A DNA stretch of 64,000 nt from Eledone cirrhosa. Lineage: Eukaryota. Of this stretch, positions 57,056 to 64,000 are shown piece after piece (within the stretch, counting starts at the first letter, position 1; the number at the start of each line of letters is the position of its first letter). The stretch is taken from the NCBI GenBank assembly GCA_964016885.1, contig OZ024740.1, forward strand, positions 337,094,001 through 337,158,000, read 5' to 3'. The notes under the pieces were generated by a model. The model had not been told where the DNA came from and did no database searches. It worked only from the letters and a program-made list of their open reading frames with translations. The position numbers and the translations under genes are program-made.

Positions 57056-57531
57056 AACAGTAATAACCTAAATCAGCCAATGAAAGGTTGTCACATTCTT
57101 TCTTTCACTTGTTCTGTCTTTCTGACATGCAGGACTTCAGGTTGTCAATACTTCATGATCCCAGCTGACAATTAAAATCATAATTAAAAACAATTTGTAG
57201 TTGATGAGAAAATTTGAAGTAGGCATATTTTGTTAACCATAATACTAATTTGTCTTCTTTCTATCATTTTAAATTAAATGATCTACATTTTATATTTCTT
57301 AATTACCATTGCTAATGTAGAAGTCTAATTCAGAAGAGAATAATTATTTCAAGAAACTAGAAAGAAAATATCAATATTGCTTCAGATTTAAGTTAATCTT
57401 TCTATTCATCTCAGGAAAGTAATTGCACAATCTGTTGCCTTGATTAGAAATATTTATTTAGGGTAGTATCACAGAATATAGCAAGTCTTCACTATCTATG
57501 TAATATTACAGAATATAATCAGTTTATACTG

Positions 57532-57840
57532 TCATCATCATCATCATCATCATCACCGTTTTACGTCCGTTCTTCCACGCTAGCATGGGTTAGACGGGTT
57601 GTCCTGTTGTGGGCAGTGTCTGGTCGGCTGACCATGCCTTGCTCATACAGGAACTGATCTGGCTTGATTTCTACAGCTGGATGCCCTTCCTAACACCAAC
57701 CTCATTTACAGTGAGTGCTGGGTGCTTTTTCGTGGCGCCTACACGTCCACTTTACAGTGTGGGCTGGGTGCTTTTTTGCCGTGGCACCTCCACGACCACC
57801 TTGCGGTGGGGGGGGGGGGGGGGCATATTGTTTATATGCT
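57532..57840 (-). mobile_element. RTE LINE 3' UTR and (GAT)n tail
   Basis: Directly downstream of the ORF stop; ends cccgtctaacccatgctagcgtggaagaacggacgtaaaacggtgatgatg on the minus strand. Confidence 0.9.
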
Positions 57841-60205
57841 TCAGCATGTACCCATGGGAGGTCGGGTACCCTGTATTACTGCGTGACGCCAGAAGTCACG
57901 GTCGTGTGTCATTGACTTTGAGAGGTGTAGTTGGGTAAGGTCGGCTTTTATCACCTCATCCCAAGTCATCTTGGGTCTCCCCACTCCGCGGTTTCCATCA
58001 ACTTCTAGTGCTCTGCACCTTTTTATGCAGCTGTCATCCTTCATACGCATCACATGTCCATACCAGCGTAACCGCCTCTCCTGCACGCAGCATTTGATTC
58101 CTCTTATGCTCAGTCTCTCTCTCAATTCATTTATGCTTTGTCGTTCACGTATATTACTGTTACACATCCATCGGAGCATGCAGGCTTCGTTTCTCTCTAA
58201 TCTACGTAAGTCTTCCACCTTCAGCGCCCAGGTCTCACTACCATGCAACATCGCTGTTCGGATACACGCATCATACAGTCTGCCTTTCATTCTGAGGGAG
58301 AAGCCTTTTGCAGCTAGCAGTGGTAGTAGTTCCCTAAACTTCTTCCATCCCGTTCTTACCCTAGTTATTGTACTTTCTGAGCACCCACCTCCGTTGCTAA
58401 TTCGGTCACCTAGGTAGCAGAAGCTGTCTACTGTTTCTACAGGGCCCTCCCAGAGATTGGTGGTACTTGTTTCCTGTGGCTGTTTGCTTGCTGTTTCAGC
58501 ACAGCTGCTGCATGTGAATCCTACATTCTTAATTAAGCTTCCTGAGATCCCGCTACATCTCTTGTGTACCCATTGTTTGCATTTGGGGCAAAGAATGGAG
58601 TTCCTACCTACACCTTTCCTACATACTGAGCAAGGCCATTTCCCTGAGGGGATCTGGGTTCTGTTTTCTCGTCTACTTATAAGGACCTTAGTCTTTGTCA
58701 TGTTGACTTTGAGGCCCTTTCTCTCTAGTCCCTGCTTCCAGGTTTGGAATTTATTCTCTAGTTCTACCATAGATTCAGCTATGAGTGCGAGGTCATCAGC
58801 ATACAGGAGTTCCCATGGGCATCCGGTCTTAAACTCCTCCGTTATTGCCTGCAGGACTATGATGAACAGGAGAGGGCTAAGAACAGAGCCCTGGTGGACC
58901 CCAACCTGTACGCTAAATTCCTCGCTATACTCATTGCCAATCCTAACTTTGCTGACTGCTCCCCTATACATGGCTTGTACCGCTTTCACAAGCCATTCAT
59001 CTACTCCTAGTTTTCTAAGAGCCCACCAGATTACTGCACGTGGAACTCTGTCAAAGGCTTTCTCAAGGTCGACAAATGCCAAGTAGAGTGGCTTACTTTT
59101 AGCTAGGTACTTTTCCTGTAATTGCCTCACAAGGAAGAGCGCATCAGTGGTGCCTTTCCCTGGAACAAACCCAAATTGCATCTCGTCTATATTCACCCGG
59201 TCCCTAATCAGCTGTGCTATAACTCTTTCTGTTACTTTCATGACCTGGTCCATCAACTTTATACCTCTATAGTTTCCTCTATCTAGTGCATCGCCTTTAC
59301 CTTTGTAGCAGTTGACAATGATGCTACTGCACCAATCTTTTGGTATGGCCCCCTCTAGTATTACCTGGTTAACGATACGTGTGGTTATAGTGTGACCTAC
59401 AGACCCAGATGCCTTCAGCATCTCGGCAGCTATACCCGATGGACCGGTTGCCTTCCCTATCTTCATATCTCTGATTGCCTTACTTACTACGCTGCCGCTG
59501 ACTTGTACTGCTGGTCCCTCTATAGGGTCTACGTGGGGTAGGGTCTCTTCTTCCCATGCATTCTCCTCATTTAGTAATCTATCATAATGACTCTTCCATG
59601 CATCTTTCTTCTCAGCACTTGTGAGGGCAAGCTCACCTTTATCATTCCGGATACACTTCTCTCCAATGACATCACAACTATCTCTGACACACTGCCTCGC
59701 AATCTTGAATACCTCCTGTTTCTGGTCCTCACGTTGTAAAACATGCTTGAATTTTCTATCCTCTGCTTCCCTCCTAGCTAAGTATACTTGTCGCCTAGCT
59801 TCCCTCTTGGTCTCTATGTAATGTACCCTGCTCCCCCCGTTCTTCCATTCTTTCCATGCCTGTCTCTTGGCCTTGACTGCTTCATCTACCTTATTGTTCC
59901 ACCACCAAGTCACTCTCCTCCTGCTTGAGGTCTTACTCCAGCCACAAACCTCATCCGTCGCCTCTAGTAAGTTATTTTTTAGGAACTCCCAGTTCTCTTC
60001 TACGTTAAATGTCTCTATCTGTTCTTCTTTACTGTCGTAGGCGTTGAGTAAAATATCTTTAAATCTGTTACTGGTTGAGGGGACTTTCAGCTTCCAGATC
60101 TTTCTTCTCCAGGTTGGCCTCTGTTTCAGGGCTCGTCTAGTTCTGACCGTGAGGTCGCTGACAACTAAGCTATGTTGGGATGTACATTCCTCACTAGGGA
60201 AGTAG
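57841..60205 (-). CDS. RTE-clade LINE ORF2 (end of AP endonuclease, reverse transcriptase, PHD-like finger), 5'-truncated but uninterrupted
   Basis: FPSEECTSQHSLVVSD (APE C-end), YKGKGD..DRGNYRGIKL, QFGFVPGKGTTDA, FVDLEKAFDRVP, GVHQGSVLSPLLF, LLYADDL, FCYLG, LRWYGHV. The ORF-track start at 60258 lies in flanking DNA. Confidence 0.95.
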
Positions 60206-60547
60206 TGTCTATGTAGTAACACAGAATATATCCAATTGATACACAAAAAATAAATCAAATATTTGATTCATCTAGTGACACAGTACTGAAATATAGGGTG
60301 ATGGTGGTGGTGATAGTGGTGGTGGTAGTGGTGGGGTTGTGGTGGTGGGGTTGTGGTGGTGGGGTTGTGGTAGTGGTCGTAATGGTGGAGTTGTGCTAGA
60401 GTAGTGGTGGGGTTGTGGTGGTGGTACAAAACTGAATATGGTTTCCTTCTATCATAATAATAATTGTTTCTACTTTAGGCACAAGGCCAGCAATTACCCA
60501 GTGCATTACTGGTACTTTATTTTATCGACCCCATAAGGATGAAAGAT

Positions 60548-60880
60548 AATAATAATAATAATAATGAAATTATTGTGTACAGTGCTCAGGTGCACTACAA
60601 CTCATCAAAGGTGCATGTATAGTACATAGAATAATGTACAAATGCCAGGAAAGCGAACAGTGTATGAGTTATGATATACATGTGTGCTTGTGTATGGAGG
60701 GGGAATATTAGGTGTAGTGTTGGCGAATCTCAGGAAGCATGGAGGTTTTAAAGGATGCAGTCTCTTGGCAGCTAACAACTGATGCAGGTAGTTTGTTCCA
60801 TACTTCAGCAACTCTGAGCGTGAAAAAATGTTTCTGAAAGTTATGGGAGCTGTACTGTTTTCTGACTTTGTTGGCATGTT
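60548..60880 (-). mobile_element. CR1-type LINE 3' fragment
   Basis: HANKVRKQYSSHNFQKHFFTLRVAEVWNKLPASVVSCQETASFKTSMLPEIRQHYT*, plus UTR and (TTA)n. Confidence 0.85.
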
Positions 60881-61689
60881 GGATTTAATGATCTGTATTT
60901 TATCCTTTTTAAGGACATATTAGGTTGATATAAACACTGTGGACTCAGAGTTAGCACCTATATATTTAAAGCCCTGGGCTAGCTCTACAACATAGCCTCA
61001 TTTATGTGCCTGATTCTTTCAAATGAAATAATTTCAACTTACAGTTTGGTAAACTGATGAACTTCTTAGTTTTTGACACTTCTTTCTCTGATCATACTAA
61101 TATTACTAAATCTGCCCTTTTCACTACACAGTCCACATACACCTAAGCTATCATAATTCCTATGACAAGTCATAATACCAAACAACCTCTCCAACACTTT
61201 TGATATTTCCACAATGCTGCTGTATGGTAAAGATATTTATAGATCACAGGAAATTATTATATATTTATAATAATAATTGTTTCTACTTTTGGCACAAGGC
61301 CAGCAATTACCCAGTGTTTTACTGGTACTTTATTTTATCGACCCCGTAAGGATGAAAGGCAAAGTTAACCTTGGCGGGATTTGAACTCGTATAATAATAA
61401 TAATGAATTATTGTGTACAGTGCTCAGGTGCACTACAACTCATCAAAGGTGCATGTATAGTACATAGAATAATGTACAAATATCAACAAAGTGAACAGTG
61501 TATGAATCATGATATACACACAGATACATGTGTGCATGTGTATGGAGGGGGAATATTTAATTCAACTACAGACATTTCGATAAAATTGTGATCCTTTAAG
61601 ATTCAATAATGTACCTTTCTGAAGTCTACCCTTTAGGTGGCTGCTTAGTTAGCCTTAATGGTAGCGCTAACCCAGTATAGACTATAACT

Positions 61690-62480
61690 GAGGTTATAGA
61701 GATAGTTGTCACATACTCAGAATGGTAGTTAGAGGGAAGGGACTGAGGTAAATGTAAGGAGTGTATCAGATATTTGACACATACCTGGAGTAAGAAAATG
61801 TGAGGTAGAACTGTAGTAGCTATAAAGGAGTTTATAAGATATCTGACACCTACCCAGAGTGATTGTTAGTGTGGGGAGGACTGAAGAAGATATTTGATGT
61901 ATGCCCAGAATGATAGTTAGAGGGAGCAAAGACTGAGGTAATGGTAATTAAAGGTATTTGATACATACCTAGAGTGAGAGTTAGTGGGAGGAAGGACTAA
62001 GGTAATAACTAAATGTAGTTGATGTATGTATGGCCCCGTAACTCCTGATAGCGTCGTAGGGGTGCCGTATTGATATACAGCATTTTTGGGGCATTTTAAG
62101 GCTGGCAGAGTCCACCCCTCTCCAGGCCTGAGTACAGCAGATTTCTTCCAGAGAGGGAGATAGAAATGGAGAGAGAAGAAATGAGAAAAAGATATAGAGG
62201 AAGAATCCACCCCAGTGCTAGACGGGTACTTTTTTTATTGACCTCGAAAGGATGAAAGGTTAAGTTGACCTTGGTGGGATTTGAACTCAGAGAATAGAGA
62301 GTTGGAATGAATACCATAAAGCACTCTATCTGATGTTCTAACAACTCTGCTACTTTACCACCTAAATGTAGTTGATACATACCCAGAATAAGAGTTAGTT
62401 GGGGGCTAGGATTAAGGTAATAATAACTAAGTGTACTTGATACATACCCAGATTGATATTAAATAGAATAGGATTGAACT
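61690..62480. repeat. degenerate ~60-bp tandem repeat interrupted by a SINE
   Basis: Recurring tgatacatacccaga...gttag...ggactgaggta; family A-like SINE at ~62220-62360. Confidence 0.6.
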
Positions 62481-62863
62481 TATACAACAGATTGTATAAG
62501 ATAATTGACACAAACACCACATGTGACAATCAGGTATGATTGAGAAATCTATCTATAAATATGTATAACATATTTAATACATACCCTAGGTGGTACTTTT
62601 GAAGTAGGCTTTATCATTGTAATCGTGAACCAATTTTTTAAAACACTATTTGTTGAACAATTTTACTGTCATAGAAGTTGGGGATGGTGGGATGACATTG
62701 TAGTTACTGATGGTGTTGTTGTTGCTTCTTTTAAGCAAATAATTATTTAACACGACTTAATTAAATAGCAGGTCAACTATATAGCATTATGTATGTATGT
62801 ATGTATGTATGTATGTATGTATGTATGAATGTATGTATGTATGTATGAATGTATGTATGAATG

Positions 62864-63172
62864 TTCTTCTTTTTGGTAAATATCATCTTGGTTAAGAGAG
62901 TGGGACTGGCTTTGTGCAGTGCCTTTGCTCACAATAAAAGCTTCACGGCACAAGCATTGTTTTGTATCTGGAGATTTCTCTGCACTTGTCATCACATAGT
63001 ATCATGGGCCCAGCACCATGTGTCAATAATTGTCACAAGTGCAGTGTTTGTACCAGAGTTTTCAAGTCGCTGGCTGGACTCAAAAGTCACACTTGTTCAG
63101 CGCATCGGTGGGGGTTCTCCTACATGGATATAAAGTAGTGGCTGTACTCGAAAACGAGTTGGCAGCCACCAT
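62864..63172 (+). mobile_element. 5'-truncated relative of the 54398 element between (ATGT)n tracts
   Basis: gagagtgg...gtgca.tgccttt.ctcac..aaaagcttca block; terminal hairpin GTGGCTG-TACTCG-AAAA-CGAGT-TGG-CAGCCAC. Confidence 0.6.
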
Positions 63173-63233
63173 GTATGTATGTATGCATGTATGTCTGTAC
63201 ATATGTATATATGTATGTATGTATGTATGTATG

Positions 63234-64000
63234 TTCTTCTGGTTTTATAATTTCACAAAGTTTTACCAATAGAGAGAGAGTCGGTTTCTAACATAGACAC
63301 AAGACTCTCTCATTGGAATTTACACAACATCAACTAGGTAGATATGTATGTATGCATGTGTAGATATGGATGTTATTGTATGTGTGGATGTGGATGTTTT
63401 GAGTTGTATGTGTGCATGTGTATATGCTTTGTATCTGTACATGTGTATATGCAGTTATTAGATGCAAAATTTTTGGAATGTTTTACATATTTTTACTGTT
63501 TCATTAATGGATTGTACTTGTAATTTCCTAACTAGTTGTGTTCTTTCTGTTCCTGTGAAGTCTAGCTTCTCAAAATTTGTATTGAGGCAGTTACTAACAT
63601 ACCCCAGTGCCCCAATAATCACAGGCATAAATCTGAAGGTGTAATCAGGGTGGAGTATCTGCAGATTTCTCATCAGTTCTGCATAAATATTCTCCTTTTC
63701 ACTAATCTTTGATATTATATTGGCATCTGCTGGGCAGCTAATTTCCACTACTGTGCATGTTTTCTTCTCCCTCTCCCATATCATAATATCTGGTCTGTTA
63801 TGCCTGCATTTTATTGGGGTTTTTACTGGAACATTCTACCAGTACTCTTTCATATTATGTACATGGAAGTCTTCCACATTGTTGTAGCTTTTAATGTGTT
63901 TATTATCGGTGCTATCTTTTTTATGAACTGCATTGTACAGTGTTTTGACCACTACATCATGCCTCATAGGTAGATAGTACAGTGATGACATCTTTGGACA
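63234..64000 (-). pseudogene. R4/Dong-like retrotransposon 3' part (continues beyond the window)
   Basis: Highly similar to 54961-55735; WEREKKTCTVVEISCP...PVIIGALG; 3' end abuts (ATGT)n. Confidence 0.88.

Noticed and set aside
57066-57165. Minus-strand exon-like segment with AG/GT ends
   Set aside because: Stops in all three frames and no other support.
57971-59821. Plus-strand ORFs of 148, 209 and 66 aa
   Set aside because: Antisense shadows of the RTE ORF2.

Overview
AT-rich, microsatellite-dense eukaryotic (metazoan) DNA made almost entirely of transposable-element debris. The SINE/RTE repertoire looks like an octopus (cephalopod) genome; this is an inference from pattern recognition, not a search result. 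No host protein-coding gene is securely identifiable, only one weak candidate terminal exon at 39-162. Most listed ORFs are microsatellite artefacts. Recognisable content: a 5'-truncated RTE LINE with an uninterrupted ~790-codon RT ORF carrying an inserted C4HC3 PHD-like finger (57532-60205, -) plus many decayed relatives; a second RTE/BovB-type relic with C-terminal C2H2 fingers; R4/Dong-like RLE retrotransposon 3' fragments in (ATGT)n; CR1-type 3' fragments; two tRNA-derived SINE families; Penelope-like GIY-YIG fragments; a complete non-coding LTR element (tRNA-Trp PBS, PPT, GATA TSD); solo-LTR-like sequences; Helentron-like and piggyBac-like non-autonomous DNA elements. The most striking unannotated signal is a set of about ten minimal type-I hammerhead-ribozyme motifs from several unrelated sequence families. 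Many sit inside fold-back palindromes in or beside (TA)n tracts, and one shows a U3-A8 compensatory core. All ribozyme folds were read by eye and activity is untested.
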